Below are positions 19,618 to 29,009 of a stretch of 64,000 bases of DNA, piece after piece. Source of the stretch: Candidatus Thorarchaeota archaeon (GTDB lineage Archaea; Asgardarchaeota; Thorarchaeia; Thorarchaeales; Thorarchaeaceae). Numbering within the stretch: the stretch's first letter is position 1; each line of letters starts with the position of its first letter. Position numbers and translations under genes: made by a program. The stretch lies in assembly GCA_004524445.1 (NCBI GenBank), contig SDNP01000002.1, positions 1-64,000 on the forward strand. Reading direction: 5' to 3'. Below the pieces are notes generated by a model. It searched no databases. It was given only the letters and a program-made list of their open reading frames with translations, and was not told the DNA's origin.

Positions 19618-21013
19618 TTACCGCCATCCCCTTGCAAAGCAGGAAGATACCAACCGGAGTGGGTATTTCCACAGTTTCATTGTTAAATGGACCGTATGTT
19701 TGATCAGCAATCCGAATCTTAGGTACTTGGATCGGCCTTTTGGGAAAACTGATGCGCAATTTCTCATCAGAAAACACCAGAGGATCTGTGAATGGGTCAA
19801 ATTCGTCTAGTTCAGTCCTGGATATCTCTTTTACAGCAAAACCAGTTTTTCCATTCAAACTTCCTATTAGTCGGATAACTCTATGAATATCATGCGTGAC
19901 AGGAAGATCAATTTCAGCTCCATAATTCTGGAGAGCGTTTTCTGCGATTGTTTGCCAAGACTTTGGACCCACTCCTTTAACTTTATGGCTGAGTATCGGA
20001 GGATCATGAGATAGACCCATAATTGCTGCGTCCTTATTTTCAGATAGTGGCTCTACCCATCGGTCGTTACCATTGTAAGCATCAATACGCTTGATGAAAA
20101 GGATCATTGCATCAGCAATTTTTCTTGATAATGATGGTATTTGCCAGTTTCCCAAGTCGCCCGAGGGGACAACTCTTAGTTTTCCATCAGCCTTGATGGT
20201 GCTATTCATACCCATTCCTGTGATGAAATGGGCAATTTCTACACGGGCGCTGGAGTCTACTTCGAGAATCCTAGGCGTGTTTACCCGGATGTGATATCCC
20301 CGATGTCCACTGTAGTTCAGCTGAATCTCGTCTTCATCAAATCCGAAACTATCCAAGAGGAATTCTTCATAGAGTTGGATTGTAGTCTTTTTTGCGTCTT
20401 CCAGACATTTATCACATAACCACTTCAATGTTCGAAACGATGTATGTTTGCATTCAGGGCATTCCTCCGGTGCTGGTCCTTTTCCAATCGTTTGGCATTG
20501 AGGGTTCTCACATAACCAAGAATCGTGTTCATAAGCGCAAGGTGATTCTAGATGGTCGGCATCAATATCGAATACTAATTCGGCACCCTTCCAACCCTTT
20601 TCCATCATATTTCGAGCTACTGGAACCTCGTAAAATGCTGCTGAGTGATAGATGCTATGAGGAACTGTCTTTACCAGCTCATTAAGGAGGTGGTCCTTCG
20701 AACGGAATCCGATATGACGGGACCAATTGTTTATTTGGATACCTTTTGCGCCGCAGTTGGGACAACTCGAGATTCTTGCGTACGATGTTCCTGATTTCCC
20801 GCATCCCACCTTTCTTTCGGATCCATTGACCTTTTCGATCCTCTCAATACATCTCCAAGTAAATTGCCATAATTCCATCCCGAATTCTCTATTTTGCACC
20901 TTTGTTGGGATGTCCACAGTGTCGTGATGTGTACGGTAGTAGTCTTGGAACATCAGCTGGAGAAATTTCCGAGTTCTTGCTTTATCGTTCTCTGACATCA
21001 CCGGCCATCTCAA
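19610..21013 (-). CDS. priS: DNA primase small (catalytic) subunit with Cys-rich insertions
   Basis: REFG, RH, S.A.Y..P, W.GAELVFDIDADH, YSGHRGYHI, ID..VTHDIHRVIRL.GSLNGKTG. Confidence 0.95.
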   Translation of the reverse strand: MRWPVMSENDKARTRKFLQLMFQDYYRTHHDTVDIPTKVQNREFGMELWQFTWRCIERIEKVNGSERKVGCGKSGTSYARISSCPNCGAKGIQINNWSRHIGFRSKDHLLNELVKTVPHSIYHSAAFYEVPVARNMMEKGWKGAELVFDIDADHLESPCAYEHDSWLCENPQCQTIGKGPAPEECPECKHTSFRTLKWLCDKCLEDAKKTTIQLYEEFLLDSFGFDEDEIQLNYSGHRGYHIRVNTPRILEVDSSARVEIAHFITGMGMNSTIKADGKLRVVPSGDLGNWQIPSLSRKIADAMILFIKRIDAYNGNDRWVEPLSENKDAAIMGLSHDPPILSHKVKGVGPKSWQTIAENALQNYGAEIDLPVTHDIHRVIRLIGSLNGKTGFAVKEISRTELDEFDPFTDPLVFSDEKLRISFPKRPIQVPKIRIADQTYGPFNNETVEIPTPVGIFLLCKGMAVIE

Positions 21014-21023
21014 AACGCTGGAT

Positions 21024-21779
21024 TCATCGACGCTCTACTCGAGGTGCCAGAACGAAGCTAATACTGCCTCCCTCTGCGATTGCAAAATCGATTTGTATAG
21101 GCTTATCATTACTGAACTGGAGAGTAACGCTATCGCTACCCATGGCCTTGGTGATTTCTGCGAGATAATTCAAAGCGTACATCGCTGTTGCATTATTCTC
21201 AACTTGAAGTTCAAAGAGAGGTGACTCTTCATCGCCTTTTTTCAGTGACACCTCTGCTTCTCCGGTGTCGCCCTCGCCTGCAAACGTAATGCTTTTCGAG
21301 TCCGAAATAATCTTGACGTGATTCGATATTACTCCAATGTCCTTTACCGCTTGCTTGAAAGAATCAGCAAACATTTCAGCTTTGACATCAAAGGATAGCT
21401 TTGGCGGCTTGCTTCTGCTATCGGGGGGAGTAAGAAGCTGTAAGCTAAATCTGCGTTCTGCTTGACCAAGCATTCGTATTTCAAAACGATTGTCTTTCTC
21501 ATCCAAATCGAATTCAAGTCGGTCATCACCCGCCATTCTCTTGCTGACTTTCGAAAGCTCATCTATCCCCAAACATACATCATGTTCCTTTTCACAGGAG
21601 TACTCTTGAAATACTCCAGCGGGTAAATGAAGATCGATCATTGCCGCCTTTGAAGAGTCCAGTTGACGTAAAGAAATTCCGGACTTAGAGACGACAAAGT
21701 GGGCTTCAGTTAGCAGTGTTGCTAATGCGTCCACTATTTGCTTCCATGTCTTTGTACTGTCTAAGGTCGCATGAAACAT
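21024..21779 (-). CDS. pcn: PCNA sliding clamp
   Basis: EAHF, LDSSKAAMIDL, SF..AVKD, YALNYL, F.NDKP, FVLAPRVE. Confidence 0.97.
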   Translation of the reverse strand: MFHATLDSTKTWKQIVDALATLLTEAHFVVSKSGISLRQLDSSKAAMIDLHLPAGVFQEYSCEKEHDVCLGIDELSKVSKRMAGDDRLEFDLDEKDNRFEIRMLGQAERRFSLQLLTPPDSRSKPPKLSFDVKAEMFADSFKQAVKDIGVISNHVKIISDSKSITFAGEGDTGEAEVSLKKGDEESPLFELQVENNATAMYALNYLAEITKAMGSDSVTLQFSNDKPIQIDFAIAEGGSISFVLAPRVERR

Positions 21780-21801
21780 TTTGGCTCCTCCAACTCAAGT
21801 A

Positions 21802-22170
21802 TTATCCTCGAGATGCTGGCTTAACTCTTTCTCCAAGGGCTAGAACTTCCTTGAAAAGGTTGATGTCTAGGGAAGTGACTCCGAATGCTGAAAAGGCAAT
21901 CAATCTGATGTCCTCATCAGGGTTCTCTTGGTTTTGTTTAATATCCCCGGTGAGGATATACCTTTCTGCTACTTTCAATTCTTCATCAATTGTCACTGTT
22001 ATCGTCCCTTGTTTACCCATTTCATCGCAGATATCTTGCACTAGAGCAGCTCCAGGACGAGATTCTACTACAATGCAAATGATTCTCACAGGATTGGGGG
22101 TATGCTTGGATAGCTCTCTGACCTTGTAATACTTTGCAGGCCTTCTACGGGAGAACTGTTTTTGGGTCAA
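21802..22170 (-). CDS. RPA3 (RPA14)-like single OB-fold protein
   Basis: RRRPA...V.EL...VRIICIVV...D...G.I...G...I.L.A......LD..LF pattern resembles the archaeal RPA14 subunit; lies upstream of PCNA. Confidence 0.7.
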   Translation of the reverse strand: MTQKQFSRRRPAKYYKVRELSKHTPNPVRIICIVVESRPGAALVQDICDEMGKQGTITVTIDEELKVAERYILTGDIKQNQENPDEDIRLIAFSAFGVTSLDINLFKEVLALGERVKPASRG

Positions 22171-22281
22171 GCTGCTTTCCCCGCTTCATATTGCATATGT
22201 GGGTCATGAGTAATAATCCCAACGCATTAATTGAACCAGTTGGAAATGAGTTAAATTTGTTTGCCACAGTATATAGTTCTG

Positions 22282-22611
22282 CTATCCGCCGTAATTTCTC
22301 CAAGTATGTTTACATTTCGTACATCTATAGAACTCGGTTGCACCCTCATCCCCACGCCTAGTTTGAACTGTCCAATAGTATGCCTCGTTGTTTCCACATT
22401 CAGGACACGATGCTGCAGTTTTGGGCATTGGAATTTCTTCATCTTCAACTATCACAATTTTGTCCTTTGGAGATTTTTCCACGTTCTGCGAAACCGTGAG
22501 TTTGCCTTCTATCGCCTTTGTATGCCCACAACTCCTGCATTTTAGGGCACGTTTGTTATCTTCATCAGTGAATGGTACCATCATGGCACCACATTTATCG
22601 CAGAATTCCAT
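22282..22611 (-). CDS. tfs: Transcription factor S (TFS/RpoM-like)
   Basis: MEFCDKCG...CRSCG and CPECGNNEAYYW..QTRRGDE..T.FYRCTKC..WR. Confidence 0.96.
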   Translation of the reverse strand: MEFCDKCGAMMVPFTDEDNKRALKCRSCGHTKAIEGKLTVSQNVEKSPKDKIVIVEDEEIPMPKTAASCPECGNNEAYYWTVQTRRGDEGATEFYRCTKCKHTWRNYGG

Positions 22612-22693
22612 CTATCGTACAACTCCGTTTCTCGGCAAATGAAAATGCATGTCATTAAAGCATTGCTGAATAGCATTAGTTCCTCGCTACAGC

Positions 22694-23119
22694 TTAGCTT
22701 GTTCGTGGATGCGGCAGTTTCTTCATATGAGTTTCTAGTAATGACTGAAAAGCAGCTGCAGCTACTTCACCCTCTCTCTTTCTGCTAGTAGTTGAGTCTA
22801 TTTCAAGAAGGGGAATAAGATGCTGAATGAGTGACTCTATTGTGACCTTCTCCTTCATCCATAACCAGGCCATGATAGCCTCATAGGCATCACCCGCACA
22901 ACCCACATCACAACGTCCCGTCATGTAGTCATACACTTTCGTAGATCGAATGGCTCTAGCTAATACGCTGTCTCTCACTTTCACGCCCATGGCTTCGTGT
23001 AAAACTATAGACTTGGCAATGGAGTAACAGAGGTTTACCAGATTGTCTCCGATTTGTGCCAGACCTTTGTCGTTTAGGAGAGATTCGAGGTCTTCATGTT
23101 CAATAAGTGGTGTCCACAT
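22694..23119 (-). CDS. Archaeal RNase III-like small protein
   Basis: DKGLAQIGD.LVN..YS.A.S...KV.D..LA.A...GDAYEA..A..W motif of the archaeal RNase III-like family, found between rpoL and tfs. Confidence 0.8.
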   Translation of the reverse strand: MWTPLIEHEDLESLLNDKGLAQIGDNLVNLCYSIAKSIVLHEAMGVKVRDSVLARAIRSTKVYDYMTGRCDVGCAGDAYEAIMAWLWMKEKVTIESLIQHLIPLLEIDSTTSRKREGEVAAAAFQSLLETHMKKLPHPRTS

Positions 23120-23154
23120 TTAGTTCACCACGTGCAACCTTGCTGATTTATTTC

Positions 23155-23442
23155 CTATTCTGGGGAGTCAGAGGCTACTTCTGAAAACATCTTTCTGAAT
23201 TCTTCACTCCGAGCTAACATCTTTTCTAATGCCTCCCTCAGAACGACATTTGTATGTCGTCGATTAGTTCGGAGAGTAAAGACAGGATGGGCCAACAAAG
23301 GGTGGTCTAGGCTGTACCCAGCAAACTCAACAGAGGACTCTTCCAAGAGCGTCTTCCTCAGTAAATTCGGGAATGAGTGCCCTTCTCCTACGAGCTCGAA
23401 TTGAAGTTCTGAACGATCAAAGTCGATTAATTTTAGTTCCAT
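23155..23442 (-). CDS. rpoL: RNA polymerase subunit Rpo11 (L)
   Basis: GEGHSF.NLLR..L...VEFAGY..DHPL. Confidence 0.95.
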   Translation of the reverse strand: MELKLIDFDRSELQFELVGEGHSFPNLLRKTLLEESSVEFAGYSLDHPLLAHPVFTLRTNRRHTNVVLREALEKMLARSEEFRKMFSEVASDSPE

Positions 23443-23447
23443 AGTTA

Positions 23448-24110
23448 TTATCTCCTACTTCTTCGACTGCCACGGCGGTCGTCCCGACGGCTGGATGATT
23501 TCCTCCGAGGTGCAAGATCCGGACGGGTTTCTAATCCGAAGTTCTCACCGTAATCGTCTGCGACCTCACGAGTTTCTCTGTTTTCGCATCTAAGACAAAT
23601 CATGTTGTTATGTGTTGTCAATGCTAATGCATTTCCACATTTAACGCACTTACCCAGAATTACACCAAATTCATTCCCCACCAAAGTGAGTTCAACAGGA
23701 ATTTCGTGGTTGCTTAATGCCTTCCCGCGAATAATATCTCCTTGTTCTAGGGCATTATGCATGCTCTTCAGATATCTTCGAGTCACATTGCTAATGTGAA
23801 TCTCGCCAACCATACCTGGAAGCATATCCTTATCATTACGTTTCACAAGTTCTACTTCTGCGCGTTGGTCATAGACTAAAGTAACCTCGCCAACGAGTGA
23901 GTCACCCTCCTCTGGGAGTGCAATTTTCTTTCTGCCTTGTTGGTCTAGAACACTTACCGTTCGTTCTTTGATGTCCATTGAGACCGTACCGGCTGTGCTT
24001 GCATATACCACGCCTTCATTCTCGTAAGTTCCATAACCAGGCGTCATTTCTTCAATAACACATAGAGAGTCTCCTGGTACGACTGTATCTCCACTCTTTA
24101 CATCAGCCAT
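23448..24110 (-). CDS. csl4: Exosome RNA-binding cap protein Csl4
   Basis: VVPGD.L..IEE..PG.GTYE, S1 domain IHISNV, GDII, C-terminal CVKC...CLRC..RETR. Confidence 0.93.
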   Translation of the reverse strand: MADVKSGDTVVPGDSLCVIEEMTPGYGTYENEGVVYASTAGTVSMDIKERTVSVLDQQGRKKIALPEEGDSLVGEVTLVYDQRAEVELVKRNDKDMLPGMVGEIHISNVTRRYLKSMHNALEQGDIIRGKALSNHEIPVELTLVGNEFGVILGKCVKCGNALALTTHNNMICLRCENRETREVADDYGENFGLETRPDLAPRRKSSSRRDDRRGSRRSRR

Positions 24111-24744
24111 TTTTTATTTCACGCTCATGAACGCATATCCTGTACAAGTCAACATTGACAATGTGTTTTCTTTTCCTATGAAAGTCGTATATCTTTGATA
24201 TTGGAAAGTCAAAGGTCTCCAGTTGCGTGACCTTCCCTCCAAATCTTTGAATATAGTCTTTCAGGAACCGTCTATTCTTTTCACCAGCCAGGTGTATGCT
24301 GTATACTACTCGAGAAATGGACATGGCTTTTTTCAGGAATACCAAATCTGCACCTCGTCTTTGTACTCCGAAAGGAGGATTGCTCACAACAGTATCAACT
24401 GCGTTAGTAAGATGCAGAGAGGCAACATTGCCTAGTATTAGGTCTACTATGTCCTCTGTCCCGAGTAAGGAAGAATTCTCTCGAGCGACCTTTAAGGCTT
24501 TGCTTTGGATATCGATTCCAATAACAGCACGAGCACCTAAGAGTGCAGCACCATTGGCAAATATTCCATCCCCGCAGCCCAAATCACAAACGAGCCGGCT
24601 GCGGATATCGTCATGGTCCATCTGAGCAGAAAATAGAATTGTTGCAGCGATTGGGGCAGGTGTGGGATAACTCTCAATTTCCGCACGATGACCCGAGAAC
24701 CGTTTTGTGCCTTGTAGAGCAATTTCTAAGTCCCTTAACTTCAA
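24103..24744 (-). CDS. METTL5-like SAM methyltransferase (COG2263)
   Basis: E.YPTPA..A, DLGCGDG, SNPPFG, D..FL, VYSIH, FH. Confidence 0.92.
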   Translation of the reverse strand: MKLRDLEIALQGTKRFSGHRAEIESYPTPAPIAATILFSAQMDHDDIRSRLVCDLGCGDGIFANGAALLGARAVIGIDIQSKALKVARENSSLLGTEDIVDLILGNVASLHLTNAVDTVVSNPPFGVQRRGADLVFLKKAMSISRVVYSIHLAGEKNRRFLKDYIQRFGGKVTQLETFDFPISKIYDFHRKRKHIVNVDLYRICVHEREIKNG

Positions 24745-24789
24745 GATAGTATTCGTCCTTTCTATTTCGTGACAAAATCTAGGGTCACA

Positions 24790-24934
24790 GACTTAGATAT
24801 GAAATGTAGTATTGATGATAGAAGAAAATGTAATACGTAGATTTATCTGGTTCAAAAGTTCCAGTGGAAATAATGGTGGCTCGAGTGGAAGCACGTGTAT
24901 TTCCAGTGGAGCACAAACCTGCTCCAAAAGGAGA
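24790..24934 (+). promoter_or_regulatory. Array of four ORB/mini-ORB boxes with an AT-rich flank upstream of cdc6 (candidate replication origin or Orc1 autoregulatory site)
   Basis: TTCCAGTGGAAA (24859), CTCGAGTGGAAG (24880), TTCCAGTGGAGC (24901), CTCCAAAAGGAG (24922). The first matches the archaeal ORB core TTCCAGTGGAAA and has a G-rich tail. Confidence 0.8.
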
Positions 24935-24945
24935 TGGAGAGATCC

Positions 24946-26199
24946 ATGAGTAAACAACCTAAGCTTGACAAGCTATTTGATAAATTCATCCAAGGACAGG
25001 CAATTTTCAAAGATAGAAATGCTTTGAGACCTACCTATGTTCCAGATGAATTACCATTTAGAGAAGAGCAAATGGGACGAATAGGGTCCATTCTAGGCCC
25101 CTCCCTTCGAGGCGCGCCTCCCTCTAACATCTTATGTTATGGCAAAACCGGTACCGGAAAGACAGTTGTTGCTCGTTACGTGCTGAATATGTTAATTGAG
25201 AAAGCCAAGCAGAGCTCCATAAGAGCACCATTCAGCGCATTTGTAAACTGCAGAATTGTTGGAACTAACTATAGGGTTCTAAGAAAATTATGTACTGAAA
25301 TCGGTGCTAAAATGCCTGATGGTTCAGAAGTGCCGTTCACAGGATTGCCAACTGATGAAATTCGGTCAATGCTGAAGAAGGAGCTCGATTCTGAGCCGAA
25401 TATCATGGTTGTTGTTTTGGATGAAGTGGATAGCTTGGTAAAACGGGATGTGAACCAAGGCAATGACATCTTGTATGGACTCACTAGGATGAATGGCGAG
25501 CTTGAAAGGAGCAGAATCTCTATTATTGGAATCAGCAATGACCTGAAATTCAAAGAGATGTTAGACCCTCGTGTATTATCAACACTTGGAGAAGAAGAAG
25601 TGATATTTTCCCCCTATAATGCAGTGGAACTGAAGGGAATTCTAAAGCAGAGAGTCGCGATCTCGTTTAATCCAGGAGTCATTGAAGATGATGGCGTTAT
25701 CAACTTGGTGGGGGCGCTGGCAGCTCAAGAGCATGGTGATGCAAGACGAGCCTTAGATTTGCTCCGAACTGCAGGAGAGCTGGCTGAGAGAAATGGAGAG
25801 GAAAAAGTCACCCAAGAATATGTTCGTGCAGCCCAGAAATTCATAGAACGTGACACAATCATAGAAACCGTCAAGACACTCCCCATGCAATCCAAGGCAG
25901 TGCTTTTTGCGGTATATGCCCTTGCAGACAGCGGCAAGAAAAAAATATTCACGGGTGAGTGTTATAACACATACGTTGAGATTGCCAAACGCATGTCATT
26001 GGATACTCTCACTCAGCGCAGAATCAGTGACCTAATCAGCGAGCTTGATATGCTCGGCCTCATCAATACTACTGTGGTTTCGAAGGGGCGATATGGCAGA
26101 ACGAAGAAAATACGACTCGCGGTAAGTAAGAAGCAAATTGGATCGATTTTGGATGAAGACACTCGATTATCAAAAGTTGCGAGAGATTTGCTTTCCTAG
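24946..26199 (+). CDS. cdc6: Orc1/Cdc6 replication initiator
   Basis: YVPDELPFRE, YGKTGTGKT, VLDEVD, GISND, LDPRV.STL, PYNA.EL, GDARRALDLLR, C-terminal wHTH ELDMLGLI...GRYGRTK. Likely start MSKQ at 24946, because the longer ORF start runs through the ORBs. Confidence 0.97.
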   Translation: MSKQPKLDKLFDKFIQGQAIFKDRNALRPTYVPDELPFREEQMGRIGSILGPSLRGAPPSNILCYGKTGTGKTVVARYVLNMLIEKAKQSSIRAPFSAFVNCRIVGTNYRVLRKLCTEIGAKMPDGSEVPFTGLPTDEIRSMLKKELDSEPNIMVVVLDEVDSLVKRDVNQGNDILYGLTRMNGELERSRISIIGISNDLKFKEMLDPRVLSTLGEEEVIFSPYNAVELKGILKQRVAISFNPGVIEDDGVINLVGALAAQEHGDARRALDLLRTAGELAERNGEEKVTQEYVRAAQKFIERDTIIETVKTLPMQSKAVLFAVYALADSGKKKIFTGECYNTYVEIAKRMSLDTLTQRRISDLISELDMLGLINTTVVSKGRYGRTKKIRLAVSKKQIGSILDEDTRLSKVARDLLS

Positions 26200-26233
26200 A
26201 CCAAATGATGCGAACATTGAATGGATTTCTGTG

Positions 26234-27856
26234 CTACACATCCAGTTTTGTCATATCATAGAAAAATTCGATTTGGGGTGCTCCATTCCGGAGATTGATT
26301 AAAGTCACAATTCCGGGAGTTGGTATAATGCCTTGTTTTCTCATAAAGTCTGTTTGGGCTTGGAATGTCCCTGAGTTTATGATTTGAATGCCCCGATAGT
26401 TGTCAACGGCATTATGATGAGCATGCCCAAAGTGAACGATATCAGGCGGTGTATCAATAACCATCCAATCTCTATGCAATGGGGCAAGTTCGGTTTTTCC
26501 GCCATACAGAGGTACTAGATGCCTTTTCTGAAGAAGTTCTTTCATCCCCACAGCGGGATTTTTGTAAGATGCACCAGGGGTGTTGACAACGAGATCATCA
26601 AGCGAATCCCCATGTGTCAATAATACTTCAACTCCTTCTACTCGTACCACTGCTGGGTCTCCAAGAAGCATGACTTGATTTTTCAATTCGTACAGAGGTT
26701 TGGCAAAAACCTCTGATATAGGGGGTTTGGGCAATGCTTGCCGAGAGGCATCGTGGTTCCCCGGGATTATTATCACCTGTATTCTGTCAGGAATCTTTCT
26801 AATTTTTTGTGCAATCATCTTGTATTGATCATACAAGTCTGGAATTAGCAGATTATCTTGTTGAGTTGGATAGACTCCTATACCATCCACAATATCCCCA
26901 GAAATAAAGAGATATTCAATGGAATTTATTGTGTTTTTGTCTTCTGAGTTCACATCTTTCCCTGATAGCCAATCTATAAATCGGTCGAATTCGTCCTCCA
27001 GAAACTCTGTGCTGCCATAGTGGATATCGGAGATGAAAGCGGCATAGACATCTCGATCAGCTCTTCCAGCAGGACGTGTCGTAGGAACGTCAGGATAGAG
27101 TATATCATCAGCAATCAATCTGCCATCTTGGTCAATATAACCTGAAATGCAGACTACCTCATCAAGCAATAATGAGTTGCCTTTCTCTACTAATCGTGAA
27201 CCGGTCAGCCCTTCTCGATTGGAAGGAATAACACAAATTATCGAATCCTCTTCATCTTCAAGTTCAACTATTATATTTCGGGAACGAGATGTCCTTTTGT
27301 TTCGTATCATTCCGATTACTTTTTGTTTTGGAGGTCGAGCTCTTCTTCCGCCCTCCTTCGCCAATGCTTTCCAATGCTGAGCATCGTGTTTGCGTTCTTT
27401 TGCGGCGCCCGGAGTCAATGCACCCCTCGTATCGATCCGGCTTGTGTATATCCCTTTGATTCTTTCAAAACGATCTGTAAAAAGAGCCAAGAAATCTTCG
27501 AAACATCCAGAAGAACCAACCTCACCGAAAGTGGGATTTTTTATAACGGCAATTTTATTGTCGTTTTTCTTGAGATTGGGGGACGGAGTGTCTGGGGGCT
27601 CTTCCATAATGAGTGGTTCTTTGTTAGCTTTTGGCTTGCTTCTTTTCTGTGGAAGAATTCGTTTTCTTTCTAGAGTGGTCAAATCCGATTTGGATAGGAC
27701 GGTAGATACACGGGTTTGTTTTATTCTGGATAATATCATGTCAACTAATTGCATGGGGGCCTCATTTCCCATGATATACTCTAGGGCATCCGGTGAAATC
27801 TGACAGCCTGAAGAGATGAGCTTCTTCAAGATAGATTTCCGATTTATCGAAGTCAA
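26234..27856 (-). CDS. DNA polymerase D small subunit DP1
   Basis: LLLDEVV, ISDIHYGS, GDIVDGIGVYP.Q, PGNHDA.RQALP, HG.SLDD, RHL.PLYG, GHAH, NSGTFQ.QT.F. Confidence 0.96.
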   Translation of the reverse strand: MTSINRKSILKKLISSGCQISPDALEYIMGNEAPMQLVDMILSRIKQTRVSTVLSKSDLTTLERKRILPQKRSKPKANKEPLIMEEPPDTPSPNLKKNDNKIAVIKNPTFGEVGSSGCFEDFLALFTDRFERIKGIYTSRIDTRGALTPGAAKERKHDAQHWKALAKEGGRRARPPKQKVIGMIRNKRTSRSRNIIVELEDEEDSIICVIPSNREGLTGSRLVEKGNSLLLDEVVCISGYIDQDGRLIADDILYPDVPTTRPAGRADRDVYAAFISDIHYGSTEFLEDEFDRFIDWLSGKDVNSEDKNTINSIEYLFISGDIVDGIGVYPTQQDNLLIPDLYDQYKMIAQKIRKIPDRIQVIIIPGNHDASRQALPKPPISEVFAKPLYELKNQVMLLGDPAVVRVEGVEVLLTHGDSLDDLVVNTPGASYKNPAVGMKELLQKRHLVPLYGGKTELAPLHRDWMVIDTPPDIVHFGHAHHNAVDNYRGIQIINSGTFQAQTDFMRKQGIIPTPGIVTLINLRNGAPQIEFFYDMTKLDV

Positions 27857-28017
27857 TTAGGCACCAGGTCTTTATGGTCTTGGTTGCTGTAATAAACATC
27901 TGCCTGTGAGAAGAACTTGCGATGGTGGGTCGAATAACATCTAAGATAAGCAAGCGTATTAAGTGAGTGACCAACTGCACACCCCGCCAGAACGAGTTCA
28001 GGAGATGCATTCAGAAA

Positions 28018-28998
28018 ATGAACATTCGCAAATTGCAACGGACAGGGGGACGTAGTGGTAGTTCGTTCCTGGTCATTTTGCCAAAAGACTGGATTAAGAG
28101 ACAGCAATTAGAAAAAGGAGACCCGGTGGTCGTATCAGAACGAGAAGACGGCTGCTTGATAGTGGATCCCAGACTTCCAAAGGCGGGCGAAACCAGGACA
28201 ACATCAATTGATATGGAGAGCAATCTTAGGTGGGCAATCACAAGCAAGTATCTTTTAGGATTTGATGAAATCAGATTAAGGTCCAAAAAACCAATTACAA
28301 ACGAGCAGCGTGATGAATTAAAAAGCATCATCAAGAGATTTGTTGCACTGGAAGTCACCGAGGAAAGAGAAGACGCAAACGAAATTGTCATCCAATGTCT
28401 AGTGGACCCTACGACTTTGCCGGTTCATAAGACCATGAAGAGAATGAATTTGATAGCTTCAAGAATGCTAGATGATGGACTGGATGCATTCCTCAAGGGT
28501 GATAGCGACAAGGGGCAAGATGTTGCGAGCCGAGATGAGGAAGTAAACCGGTTATTTTTCTTAATTGTTCGTGAATTGCGAAGCACAATCCAGTATCCCA
28601 GAATTTCCGAAGCGATGGGCATTTCCCCAGTTGAAGCGCTGGATTTTCGATTGGCTGTTCAATATATCGAACGTGTTGCTGATCTGGCCGTAGATATTGC
28701 AATACGAGCAAATGACCCAATGGATGAGCACACAACAAAGATGGTAGAGCCAATAGCAAATCGCATAAGAGAGATGCTAAAGAAGGCTGTCACGAATCTT
28801 TTCACTTTCAATGCTGAACGAGTAGCATGGGTCATTGATGAAGAGAAACAACTGATTAAACAAATTGCTGAGCTACAGGAAAATGTTTTATCTTCACCGC
28901 AAGGGCAGACCCATTCCCAGCTCTATGTCATTGACAGTCTTCTTAGAATTGGCGAGGCAGCTAGGGACATAGCAGATCTTGCACTGCCAAAAAGCTAG
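28018..28998 (+). CDS. phoU: AbrB-PhoU phosphate uptake regulator
   Basis: RKLQ.TG...S..V.LPK.W AbrB domain, YLLGFD.I, D.EVNRLFFL..R, IERVAD, RIGE...DIA. Confidence 0.9.
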   Translation: MNIRKLQRTGGRSGSSFLVILPKDWIKRQQLEKGDPVVVSEREDGCLIVDPRLPKAGETRTTSIDMESNLRWAITSKYLLGFDEIRLRSKKPITNEQRDELKSIIKRFVALEVTEEREDANEIVIQCLVDPTTLPVHKTMKRMNLIASRMLDDGLDAFLKGDSDKGQDVASRDEEVNRLFFLIVRELRSTIQYPRISEAMGISPVEALDFRLAVQYIERVADLAVDIAIRANDPMDEHTTKMVEPIANRIREMLKKAVTNLFTFNAERVAWVIDEEKQLIKQIAELQENVLSSPQGQTHSQLYVIDSLLRIGEAARDIADLALPKS

Positions 28999-29009
28999 AG
29001 GAAATCAAA

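Noticed and set aside
24859-24934. Mini-CRISPR or tandem repeat
   Set aside because: The 21-bp period with ~12-bp degenerate cores is too short for CRISPR, there are no cas genes, and the cores match ORB.
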